Shown: positions 1 through 7,959 of the stretch, piece after piece
Layout: every line of letters begins with the position of its first letter
How positions within the stretch are numbered: the stretch's first letter is position 1
Assembly (NCBI GenBank): GCA_964546845.1
Contig: CAZJMY010000424.1
Coordinates: 23,672-87,671, forward strand
From: an uncultured Myxococcales bacterium
GTDB lineage: Bacteria > Myxococcota_A > Polyangia > Fen-1088
DNA length: 64,000 nucleotides
Direction of reading: 5' to 3'
Notes under the pieces: model-generated
Database searches by the model: none
Seen by the model: only the letters and a program-made list of their open reading frames with translations
What the model was told of the DNA's origin: nothing
Program-made: the position numbers and the translations under genes

Positions 1-8
1 CGCGGTTC

Positions 9-443
9 GTGCGCCTGATGCAGGTCGGCGATGTCGCCGCGGTGACGCCCACCGGACAGGTCGGCGTCTTCCAGACGCGCCTGAAGCGACTCGAGGATCT
101 GGGCCTCGTGAGCGAGGTCCGGCGCGTCCAGCACGCAGGCGCCGCTCCGAGCTGGACGGCGACGTTCCGGCCGCCCCTCACGCTCGCGCGCCTCCTCTCC
201 GACGTGATGCTGCAGTACCGGATCTTCGTCGTGAGCATGAAGCGGTACCGCGACGAGGTGCTCGCGCGGCACCGCGACGCGATCGGGAAGGTTCTCGAGG
301 GCAAGCCCGCCACGCTCTCCGGGCTGATGGCCGTCTCCCAGCACGCGGGCCCGGCGCTCGGCTCGTGGATCGCGAGCGAGGCCGATCGAAAGCGCTTCAA
401 GCAAACGACCGCGGCCTACGGCCGCACGACGGGGGTGTTCTGA
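9..443 (+). CDS. hypothetical protein, possible winged-helix DNA-binding segment; may be 5-prime truncated at window edge
   Basis: Track ORF whose frame stays open back to nt 3. LKRLEDLGLVSEVRR resembles a wHTH segment. The stop overlaps the next start (TGATG at 441-445). Confidence 0.45.
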   Translation: MRLMQVGDVAAVTPTGQVGVFQTRLKRLEDLGLVSEVRRVQHAGAAPSWTATFRPPLTLARLLSDVMLQYRIFVVSMKRYRDEVLARHRDAIGKVLEGKPATLSGLMAVSQHAGPALGSWIASEADRKRFKQTTAAYGRTTGVF

Positions 444-1246
444 TGAACGCAGGTGCGCGAAAGCCGATCGACGGCGCGTTCCGGAGCTGGTCGGACGGAC
501 GGTGCGTCCACCTGGTCGTCCAGTTCACTGGCGGCAACCTCGGGCGCAGCCCCGTGACCATGCACGCCAAGACCGACCTCGTGCCGGCGCGCGCGGCGGT
601 CCGCCGCCGGTTCGTCACGAGCGGCTACACCGAGCTCGCCGGCGATCCGATCGCGACCGAGGCGATGGCCACGCGGGTCGGCCTGTTCAGCGCGTTCCGG
701 CGCATTGGCCGCGCGGCCAAGGGCGCGGCGCTCCTCGCCACGGCGCCGGTCCGGACGCTGGGCGGCGCCGGGGTCAACGTCCTCAAGACGACCGGCAACC
801 TCGCCAAGGGGATCGAGGCCACCACCGCGATCCCCGAGTACCTGACGCGGCCTCTCGCGTGGCGCCCGGGGCGGAAGAAGGGCGGGCCCGCAGCTGCGGC
901 ACCCGCCGGAGACCGCGCGCCAGACGCCGAAGCGAATCAACCCGAGGAGGAGGAACCCATGAGCGAAGAATCGAGCGGCGCCGCCGCAAAGCCAAAGGCC
1001 GATCAGGTGCGAAAGGCGTCGTCGCTGCTCCGGCGCGCCGCCTTCAGCCCGAAGTCGGCCAAGCACGTCACCAACATCGCCAAGGCCGCCGCCGCCGGCC
1101 ATCCGGGCGCGCTGGTCGCGCACGCCGCGATCGCTCAGGCGCGCAAACAGCAAGCGAGGCCGCCGGCGTCCGCCGCTGCGCTGCCGCCGATGCTACGGCC
1201 GCTCCGCTCGGCGTCGTTCACCTCCTGGGCGCGGGGGGCCGCGTAG
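443..1246 (+). CDS. hypothetical protein with Ala/Lys-rich basic C-terminal half
   Basis: Internal ATG of track ORF 365..1246, overlapping the upstream stop. Co-oriented and coupled with its neighbours. No recognisable domain. Confidence 0.5.
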   Translation: MNAGARKPIDGAFRSWSDGRCVHLVVQFTGGNLGRSPVTMHAKTDLVPARAAVRRRFVTSGYTELAGDPIATEAMATRVGLFSAFRRIGRAAKGAALLATAPVRTLGGAGVNVLKTTGNLAKGIEATTAIPEYLTRPLAWRPGRKKGGPAAAAPAGDRAPDAEANQPEEEEPMSEESSGAAAKPKADQVRKASSLLRRAAFSPKSAKHVTNIAKAAAAGHPGALVAHAAIAQARKQQARPPASAAALPPMLRPLRSASFTSWARGAA

Positions 1247-1253
1247 GCGAATC

Positions 1254-1922
1254 ATGCGCGGTCGCTACGAAAGGAATCCGGGTCGGATCGTCGAGCTGAG
1301 CGTCGGCGGCGCCCAGGACGTGCTGGATCTTCGCTGGCGGGACGAGATCGCGCACGTCATCTGCGTGACGCTGGTCGGCCCACCGCGCGCGAGCGCAGAC
1401 CTCGTCAATGCAGCCGCGTGCGTCGCCTTCGTCCAGTGGGGCGCCGGCGAAGCGGAGGCGGAGGCCGAGATTGACTTCGGCCTCGGCGGCGTGGTGTTCA
1501 CGCTCCCGGCCAGCTCGATCCGGATCACCGCCGCATACGAGGACAACTTCTCGGGCTCGGAGTCTGCGCCGCCAGTGCGCGTGGGCGCGTTTGCGTCGGT
1601 CGGGAGCGGCGCGCGGGTGTCAATGCTGACCCGTACGCGCTTCCAAGGATCGACGGTCGATCCGGCCGCCGTCGTCGACTTCGAGGTGCCTCCGTTCGCG
1701 AAGGCGGTGCGGGTGCTCGGCGGCGACCAGGCGACGCGCGCGCTGCGGCTCGAGCTCTTCAGCAACACCGGCGGCGCGCCCGTCTATGTCGTGCCGATCC
1801 CGGCCGGCGCGGACGCACCCCTCGTCGACCTTTCGCCCGACATCACGACCGTCAGGATGACCAACACGGGCGCCGCCCCCCTGCCCGCGGGCGCGCGCGC
1901 CATCTTCCAGCTGGGGATCTGA
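1254..1922 (+). CDS. hypothetical beta-rich protein (virion structural candidate)
   Basis: Track ORF. The stop overlaps the next ATG at 1920-1924. Alternating hydrophobic pattern typical of beta-sandwich proteins. No motif recognised. Confidence 0.5.
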   Translation: MRGRYERNPGRIVELSVGGAQDVLDLRWRDEIAHVICVTLVGPPRASADLVNAAACVAFVQWGAGEAEAEAEIDFGLGGVVFTLPASSIRITAAYEDNFSGSESAPPVRVGAFASVGSGARVSMLTRTRFQGSTVDPAAVVDFEVPPFAKAVRVLGGDQATRALRLELFSNTGGAPVYVVPIPAGADAPLVDLSPDITTVRMTNTGAAPLPAGARAIFQLGI

Positions 1923-2587
1923 TGGAGGTGCCCAAGATCATGATCTCCGCGGCCTGGGACCCGGTCATCGAACGGTTCGCCGGACACGTGCCTGTCGCGT
2001 TCATTCGCGCGCTCGTTCACGGAGAGTCCGGCGGCGACTCGCAGAAGGAGAACCCCGTCAGCCACGCGGCCGGGCTTCTGCAGATCACCGACATCGTCCG
2101 CAAGGACTGGAACGCGGCGCACCCCGACGCGCCGGTCAGCCGCACGGACCTCTTCGACCCCGAGACGAACGTTCGCATCGGGGCCGCCCTCCTCAACCGC
2201 ATCGTCCAGACCTACCGGCGTCACCGCACGCTGGCGCCGGACTGGCGCTCGCGTCGCTATGCGGAGCTCGTGGCGCTCGGCTGGAACGCCGGCTACAGCG
2301 ATCGCGGTGGCGTCGGTCTGGCGGTCGGCGAGCTGGAGGCGGCGGGCGCTCGGCCCGATGACGTGACGGTCGACTCAGTGGCTGCCGTCGCCGCAGGGCT
2401 CCCGAAGGCCTCGCGCTTCGTCGCGCTTCCAGCGCGCGTCGCGTACGCCAAGGCGGTCGCCGACCTGTACCTGGGGAGCCGGCGCGCGCCGGTCGTCGCG
2501 TCGCGCGGCAGCGCCGTGGGGCCGGTCGTCGTCGCAGCGCTCGGCGCGTTCGGTCTCGCCCACTTCGGACGCAGGGGGTCCGCATGA
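1922..2587 (+). CDS. SLT-domain lytic transglycosylase with C-terminal transmembrane anchor
   Basis: Motif GESGGDSQKENPVSHAAGLLQIT matches the SLT catalytic E-S ... GLMQ signature. C-terminal hydrophobic helix VGPVVVAALGAFGLAHF. Confidence 0.8.
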   Translation: MEVPKIMISAAWDPVIERFAGHVPVAFIRALVHGESGGDSQKENPVSHAAGLLQITDIVRKDWNAAHPDAPVSRTDLFDPETNVRIGAALLNRIVQTYRRHRTLAPDWRSRRYAELVALGWNAGYSDRGGVGLAVGELEAAGARPDDVTVDSVAAVAAGLPKASRFVALPARVAYAKAVADLYLGSRRAPVVASRGSAVGPVVVAALGAFGLAHFGRRGSA

Positions 2588-3060
2588 TCACGGTGAAGCA
2601 AGTCGATCAGCTGGTGATCGGTGACGACGCCGTCGCCGCGCGTCTCTGGCCGCGCCTGGGCCCGAAGGTTCGCCAGGCGTACACCGCGGATCGTGACGGG
2701 TGGGTGGGGCTGCGGCGGAAGGTAGAGGCCGGTGAGACGCTGCCCGCGTCCACGCTCGCGGCGCAGCACAAGGTGTTCTCGGGGTGGGCGCGGGCTCTTC
2801 GCGCGGCTTCGACCCGGCCCAGGCAAGCCGCTGCGCGATCGAGCGGTCGGCCGGCAGGCGCGGCTGCGACCGCCCCGCTCAGGCCCACCGCCGCGGCGAT
2901 CAGGCCGATGGCCACGGCGGTCGTGCCGCCGGTCGCGGCCGCCAGTCTGTCGTCGGTCCCCGCGCTTCCCAAGCCCACCGCAGGAGCCGGCACCGCCGTC
3001 GCAGGAGGCCTGCTCCTCGCCGGCCTCGTCGCCGTCGCCGCACGGAGGAAGCGCGCATGA
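2584..3060 (+). CDS. hypothetical protein, Ala/Pro-rich linker and C-terminal TM anchor
   Basis: ATGA overlap with the upstream stop. C-terminal helix AVAGGLLLAGLVAVAA followed by RRKRA. Confidence 0.5.
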   Translation: MITVKQVDQLVIGDDAVAARLWPRLGPKVRQAYTADRDGWVGLRRKVEAGETLPASTLAAQHKVFSGWARALRAASTRPRQAAARSSGRPAGAAATAPLRPTAAAIRPMATAVVPPVAAASLSSVPALPKPTAGAGTAVAGGLLLAGLVAVAARRKRA

Positions 3061-3533
3061 GCAACTTCTACGAGAGCGGGGTGAGCGAGGTCAGCGGCCG
3101 TCTCTTCTCGGTGCTTTCGCCGTCCGCCATCAAGCAAGAGATCGACTCGGTCGACCTCTATATCCGCCGCATCGACGGCGACGTTCAGGGGCACAAGGCG
3201 AAGGTGGCCGACCTGCTCCGGGACTGGCACCTCTTCGTAGAGGAGTGGACCACGTTCCGCGACGGCGCCGGCTGGTTTGCGCGGACGACGGGCGCCACCT
3301 ACGACAAGGCGCTCGACTTCCGAAAGCGAGCCGACGCCTGGGACGAGCTCGTCCATCGGCGTGGGGCCTCGACCGCGCCGGTGGGACCAACGCCGGCGCC
3401 CGCCCCCAAGGGCGACCTCATCGGCCCCCTCGTGAAGCTCGCGGGCATCGGTCTCGCCGCCTACGTCGGCGTGAGCCTCATCCAAATCTACAAGCAGCGG
3501 GAGGTTCGGTATGTCGAACGACCTGGAGCGTGA
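3057..3533 (+). CDS. hypothetical protein with C-terminal TM anchor
   Basis: Internal ATG of track ORF 2784..3533 in an ATGA overlap with the upstream stop. C-terminal helix LVKLAGIGLAAYVGVSLIQIY. Confidence 0.5.
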   Translation: MSNFYESGVSEVSGRLFSVLSPSAIKQEIDSVDLYIRRIDGDVQGHKAKVADLLRDWHLFVEEWTTFRDGAGWFARTTGATYDKALDFRKRADAWDELVHRRGASTAPVGPTPAPAPKGDLIGPLVKLAGIGLAAYVGVSLIQIYKQREVRYVERPGA

Positions 3534-4356
3534 TTCCGCGTCGTACGACCGGATCCGCAAGTGGTTGGCTCGGACGCTCGAGGGTGAGGGCGTGGATCGG
3601 CTGGTCATCCGGCACGACACCGGCGCCGAGGTGGCGACCATGCGCGGCGAGGAAGGCGGACCGTTCGAGAGCAAGGACGGCATCGTAGACGAGCTCGCCA
3701 CCGCCATCGCCGATCGGGTCTTCGAGGACGCAATCGGCCTCGGCGGCGTCCAGCGCTACATCGCCACGGCGTACGGCCTGGACAAGGTCGTCGCGCGGCT
3801 CACGTTGCGCGAGAACGCCGACGCGTCCGGGGCCGATCGGCAGCCGGGCGATCCCATCGACAGCGAGCCGCCCACGGAGCGGGGCCTGCTCACGCAGACG
3901 ATGCGCCACCTCGAGATCAGCGAACGCACGCACGCGACGGTCGTCGCGAACATCTTCGCGATGCAATCGCGGATGCTCCGCGAGAAGGACGAGCGTATCG
4001 CGCACCTCGAGGACCGGCACTGGGAGACGGTGATCGCCGCCGAGCAGCTCGTCAGCGACCACCACCGCCGCCAGCTCGAGAACCGAGCCGCCGACCAGAA
4101 GGCCGAGGCGATGCGCGAGGTGGTGGGCACGTTCCTGCAACTCGCGCCAACGGCCATCAACAAGATCGCCGGTCGTCGCGTGCTGCAGGAGAAGACGTCG
4201 CCGGCGCTGGTCGGCCTGCGCGCGCTGGTCGGCACCTTGAAGCCCGAGCAGCTCGAAGCGCTGAAGTTCGTCCTGACTCCCGCCCAGCTCGAGAACTTCA
4301 GCGAGATCGTCACCTCCGAGGTGGCCGACGAGGAGAACAAGACCGCCAGCCGATAG
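3511..4356 (+). CDS. hypothetical coiled-coil protein (scaffold-like candidate)
   Basis: Track ORF with GGGAGG 7 nt upstream of the ATG. Long charged helical segments in the central and C-terminal parts. Confidence 0.5.
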   Translation: MSNDLERDSASYDRIRKWLARTLEGEGVDRLVIRHDTGAEVATMRGEEGGPFESKDGIVDELATAIADRVFEDAIGLGGVQRYIATAYGLDKVVARLTLRENADASGADRQPGDPIDSEPPTERGLLTQTMRHLEISERTHATVVANIFAMQSRMLREKDERIAHLEDRHWETVIAAEQLVSDHHRRQLENRAADQKAEAMREVVGTFLQLAPTAINKIAGRRVLQEKTSPALVGLRALVGTLKPEQLEALKFVLTPAQLENFSEIVTSEVADEENKTASR

Positions 4357-4367
4357 GAGCGCCCGCC

Positions 4368-5408
4368 ATGCCCAACACGTTCACCGCTCTCGACGTCCCC
4401 ATCAACGACGGCTCCGGCGTCCCCTTCATCACCCGGGACCTCGGCCGGCCGAAGACCATCGTCTTCGCCGGGCCCGTCCTTGGCCGCTACATCGTCGAGG
4501 GCTCGAACGACGGCGGCAGCAACTGGGACATCCTGGTCGACGACAGCGGCCAGCAGGCGTTCTTCACGACCCCGACGCCCGGTGTCCGCACGTTCGACTG
4601 CATCGTCGACCGCGTGCGCGTCCGGAGCGTCGGCAACGCTTCCCTGGCGGCGCCACCAACGATCGCACTCGGCGCGCCGCCGGCCGTGGGGACGCCGGTG
4701 TTCGGGGTGCTGGACATGCCGGCCGCGCCGGGCCTGGGCGCCCCCTTCGACCTCGGAATGGCGGCCGGCGCCTTCAAGACGTTCATCCTTCGGGGCGCGA
4801 TCCCTGCCGGCTCGCGATACACCGTCCTCGGCTCGATCGACGGCACCCGCTTCGACGAGGTCATGCTCTTCACGAGCGACCAGCAGGGCGCGCGCCCGGT
4901 CGAGTTCTTCTGCCGCTTCCTCCGCGTCCAGCGGGCCGCCGGAGGACCGACGCCGGTCCTCGCCTTCGGCAGCGAGGGCATCCTCGAGCCGGCGGGCGCG
5001 GTCACCTCCGAGATCTCGATCGCCGAGGACGGCGAGGTGACGACCGACTCGAACACGAACGAGGAGGTCCTGCGCCAGTACCGAGTACCGCTGGTTCTCC
5101 TGACTCCGGTGAGCCTGGGCCTTACGCTGGCCGGCGAGAGCCGCGGACCGGCCACCGCTCGGCAGGTGACCTTCCGCGTCCGCGCCGGCGGGACGCCCGA
5201 CCAGCCCGACGGAGCGGAGTTGCTGGCGATCCAGGACGTCGGCCCGGGCGACGTCGGCATCGTGGGTCGGTCCACGGCGGCTTTCCCGCGCCCGACTGAC
5301 CCCGCCACCCTCATCAAGGTGACCGGACAGGGCGGCGGCGTGAGCGAAGGGGCGGCGCCCGCGACGCTCCGCAACCTCGTCCTCGTGTTCAACGCGGCCA
5401 ACCCCTGA
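4368..5408 (+). CDS. hypothetical structural protein with an internal tandem domain duplication
   Basis: Track ORF with AGGAG upstream. Residues ~4-90 and ~112-195 align to each other (F.LD.P..G.G.PF...KT...G...RY.V.GS.DG...RV). The C-terminal module is shared with 6042..6617. Confidence 0.6.
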   Translation: MPNTFTALDVPINDGSGVPFITRDLGRPKTIVFAGPVLGRYIVEGSNDGGSNWDILVDDSGQQAFFTTPTPGVRTFDCIVDRVRVRSVGNASLAAPPTIALGAPPAVGTPVFGVLDMPAAPGLGAPFDLGMAAGAFKTFILRGAIPAGSRYTVLGSIDGTRFDEVMLFTSDQQGARPVEFFCRFLRVQRAAGGPTPVLAFGSEGILEPAGAVTSEISIAEDGEVTTDSNTNEEVLRQYRVPLVLLTPVSLGLTLAGESRGPATARQVTFRVRAGGTPDQPDGAELLAIQDVGPGDVGIVGRSTAAFPRPTDPATLIKVTGQGGGVSEGAAPATLRNLVLVFNAANP

Positions 5409-5437
5409 TTCACCACGCCCACAAGGAGAACGCACCC

Positions 5438-5992
5438 ATGTCCCAGGATGTCGCGCAGAGGAATCTCGATCTCGGAGGCTTCCGGATCGCCAACCTCGGC
5501 GACCCGGCCGCCCCCGGGGACGCCACCAAGACCGACAACGCCAGCCGTCCGATAGCGGCGGCGCGCAACCCGAGCCCGGGCGCCAGCGCGCTCGCCTCTC
5601 CGGCTGATCACGTTCACCCGCTCGAGCCGGACTTCGTGTCGCTCGCCGATCCCGCTCTGCAGGTCGTCGGCGCCAAGACCGAGGTCTGGTTCGGCGTGAT
5701 CGACTTCGACGAGATCGTGGGCGACCAAGTCCAGGTCGGGCTCAGCGGCATGCTCCAGACCTGCCTCGTGCAGGCCTGGCTCGATGGGCAGGTCGGCAAC
5801 CCGACCGCCGGGACGCTGGTGATGAACATCGACAGCTCGTCGCCGACGCTGGTCCCGGTCGCCTCCATCAGCAGCGCGCCCTTCGCGCGCCCCTCCGGCG
5901 CCCACCTCCTGACGCTCACTGCCGAGGCCGTTGGCCCGGCGACGGAGGGACGAACCTTGGGCCGGATCGTCACCCTTCGCGGCCTCTCCTGA
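5438..5992 (+). CDS. spike / tail-fibre-like protein, paralogue A
   Basis: AAGGAG RBS. The N-terminus (DVAQRNLDLGGFRIANLGDPAAPGDATKTDN ... PADHVHP) is a paralogue of 6042..6617 and resembles phage fibre N-terminal motifs. Confidence 0.55.
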   Translation: MSQDVAQRNLDLGGFRIANLGDPAAPGDATKTDNASRPIAAARNPSPGASALASPADHVHPLEPDFVSLADPALQVVGAKTEVWFGVIDFDEIVGDQVQVGLSGMLQTCLVQAWLDGQVGNPTAGTLVMNIDSSSPTLVPVASISSAPFARPSGAHLLTLTAEAVGPATEGRTLGRIVTLRGLS

Positions 5993-6041
5993 ACAACTGA
6001 CTGACCGATCACCGCCACCCGACCAACAAAGGAGCAGCATC

Positions 6042-6617
6042 ATGGCAAGAGACGTAGCGCAACGAGACCTCGACCAGGCCGGACACCGGATCTCCAACAT
6101 CGGCGCGCCGACCACCGCCGGCGACGCCACCAGGACCGACAACACGACCGTGCCGCTCGCCAGCAGCGGCGCGGGGTCGCCGGGTACGAGCCTGCTCGCG
6201 GCCCCCGCCGACCACGTCCACCCGGCGGCCCCGGGCACGAGCAGCTTCTCCGTCACCCTGAGCGACCCGAGCGAGCAGTCCCAGACCGGTCCGACCGAGA
6301 CCGTGATCGCCCAGTTCCCGATCGACTTCATCGGCGCCCCCCCGCACCTCGTCCCCACCTTCAACGCGCTGGTCGACGTCGATTCCGGCACCGCCACCTT
6401 CAACGTCCGTCTCGCCGGGACGCCTGACGCCGCCGACGGCGATGTCATCGTCACGATCCTCAAGGACGCCTCGGGCGCGTTCGAGCTGAAGTCGAGCCTC
6501 GGCCCCGTCTTTGCCCTGCCGGCCGCCCCCGCCCTCATCAAGATCACGGCCGCCAACGACAACGCCGAGGCGAGCTGCCGGATCAGGAGCAAGACCGTCA
6601 CGCTCCGTGCCTCGTAA
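6042..6617 (+). CDS. spike / tail-fibre-like protein, paralogue B
   Basis: Internal ATG of track ORF 5931..6617, preceded by AAAGGAG. The N-terminus (DVAQRDLDQAGHRISNIGAPTTAGDATRTDN ... PADHVHP) is a paralogue of 5438..5992. Confidence 0.55.
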   Translation: MARDVAQRDLDQAGHRISNIGAPTTAGDATRTDNTTVPLASSGAGSPGTSLLAAPADHVHPAAPGTSSFSVTLSDPSEQSQTGPTETVIAQFPIDFIGAPPHLVPTFNALVDVDSGTATFNVRLAGTPDAADGDVIVTILKDASGAFELKSSLGPVFALPAAPALIKITAANDNAEASCRIRSKTVTLRAS

Positions 6618-6639
6618 GCGCGGCGATCGGCCACTCACC

Positions 6640-6819
6640 ATGACCTGGCAAAAAGTCGCCGCACTCGGACTGCTCGTTTTCGGTTCGGTTGCGGCGGCTG
6701 TCTTTCATGCGGACCTGATCGCGGCCACGCTGGCCGGCGCCGCCGCCGGCTTCGCCGTCAACCGCGAACCGAACGGCGCGCGGAATGGTGACAGCCCGGC
6801 TCCGCAGCCGCGTGCGTAA
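6640..6819 (+). CDS. small membrane protein (59 aa, two hydrophobic segments)
   Basis: Internal ATG of track ORF 6511..6819. Hydrophobic sequence MTWQKVAALGLLVFGSVAAAVF...LAGAAAGFAV. Confidence 0.35.
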   Translation: MTWQKVAALGLLVFGSVAAAVFHADLIAATLAGAAAGFAVNREPNGARNGDSPAPQPRA

Positions 6820-6872
6820 GCCCTTGTCGACGCGATCGGTGCCCACCGTTCATCTCCTTCGACTCGCGTCGG

Positions 6873-6914
6873 TCGGCCGGATCGCCAAGGGAGGCCGAAT
6901 GGCGATCCGGCCGA
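6873..6914. terminator. perfect 14-bp inverted repeat (TCGGCCGGATCGCC / GGCGATCCGGCCGA) with 14-nt loop between convergent genes
   Basis: Read directly from the sequence. Lies between the + gene ending at 6819 and the - gene ending at 6987. No T-tract. Confidence 0.3.
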
Positions 6915-6938
6915 GGCCGACTCGGGGCGCTGAGTCAC

Positions 6939-6959
6939 GTTCGATTCCGCCCAGCCCGA
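6939..6959 (+). other. tRNA 3-prime-end-like fragment (T-loop, T-stem 3-prime strand, acceptor 3-prime strand); candidate att core
   Basis: G-TTCGATT-CCGCC-CAGCCCG-A matches G53, the T-loop, T-stem 3-prime strand, a 7-nt acceptor strand and the discriminator. The upstream sequence lacks the complementary T-stem and acceptor 5-prime strands, so this is not a full tRNA. Confidence 0.3.
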
Positions 6960-6986
6960 GCCCGTGGCGCCAACATCGAGACGAGG

Positions 6987-7922
6987 TCAGCGCTTCGGGC
7001 GGATCAAGGCCTCCGGGGGCAGTAGTTCGTTCTCGCGCGGCTCGGCCTCGGGCTGAACCGTCACGTGGCTGCGGCCCACGGCGCCTTCGATCCGGCGTCC
7101 AACTTCGCGGGCAATCTCGACGCCGTGAGCGTTCGATTGAATGACGACGTGGGCCGTGATCACCGGAGCGTCACCGGTGAGTGACCACACGTGCAGATCG
7201 TGAACGTCGCGCACGCCCGGTGTGTCTCGGGCGAGCGACTCGAGCGACGCGACGTCGATCCCGGCGGGAACGCCCTCCATGAGGACATTGGTTGCATCCC
7301 GTAGCAGGCGCCATGCCCCGAAGAGAATGAGCGCAGAGATCACGATCGATGTGATCGGGTCCGCAATGGTCCAGCCGAGCGTCAAGATCAAGACTGCGGC
7401 CAGCAGCGCGGCGACAGAGCCGGCCGCGTCCGCCAGAACATGCGCGGCCGCCGCCCGCATGTTGAGATCGTGCACCCCGCCGCGGGAGAGGATCCACGCC
7501 GACAGGACGTTGATCAGGAGCCCGACAGCGGCTACGACGAGCATCGGCAGGGCGTGAATGGGTTGTGGCGCCGCGAATCGCCGAATGGCCTCGACGATCA
7601 CCGCGATGGCGGTCACACCGAGGACGATTCCATTGGCGGCGGCGGCCAAGATCTCTGCGCGTCGGTAGCCGAAGGTTTTTCGGTCGGACCGCGGGCGGGT
7701 CCCGAGCGCCTGAGCCCACAGCGCCAGTCCCAGCGCGCCCGCGTCCGTCAGCATGTGGCCCGCGTCTGAGAGCAGCGCGAGGCTGCCGGAGAGAAGCCCG
7801 GCCACGACCTCGACCACGAGGAACGATGCCGTCAGGGCCAGCGCTATCCAGAGGCGCCGTCTCGATGCGGCTCCGCGTTCTGCCGCGGCCGGCGTGTGCT
7901 CGTGATGTCCGTGATCCGCCAT
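6987..7922 (-). CDS. czcD: cation diffusion facilitator (CDF) divalent metal efflux transporter
   Basis: His-rich N-terminus MADHGHHEH, six hydrophobic helices, and HxxxD motifs in TM2 (HMLTD) and TM5 (HVLAD). Confidence 0.9.
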   Translation of the reverse strand: MADHGHHEHTPAAAERGAASRRRLWIALALTASFLVVEVVAGLLSGSLALLSDAGHMLTDAGALGLALWAQALGTRPRSDRKTFGYRRAEILAAAANGIVLGVTAIAVIVEAIRRFAAPQPIHALPMLVVAAVGLLINVLSAWILSRGGVHDLNMRAAAAHVLADAAGSVAALLAAVLILTLGWTIADPITSIVISALILFGAWRLLRDATNVLMEGVPAGIDVASLESLARDTPGVRDVHDLHVWSLTGDAPVITAHVVIQSNAHGVEIAREVGRRIEGAVGRSHVTVQPEAEPRENELLPPEALIRPKR

Positions 7923-7959
7923 GACGGTTCCTCCCCCTGGTGGTCCGCGATCCTATCGG

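Noticed and set aside
3756-6634. Long - strand ORFs 3756..5435 (559 aa) and 4487..6634 (715 aa) opposite the virus-like genes
   Set aside because: These are typical high-GC antisense shadow ORFs, with Arg/Gly/Pro/Ala-rich low-complexity translations, no motifs and no RBS. The + strand genes show coupling and paralogy.
6880-6965. Possible complete tRNA gene
   Set aside because: Only the T-loop, the T-stem 3-prime strand and the acceptor 3-prime strand are present. The required complementary GGCGG and CGGGCTG segments are absent upstream and no anticodon arm can be drawn. It is reported only as a fragment.
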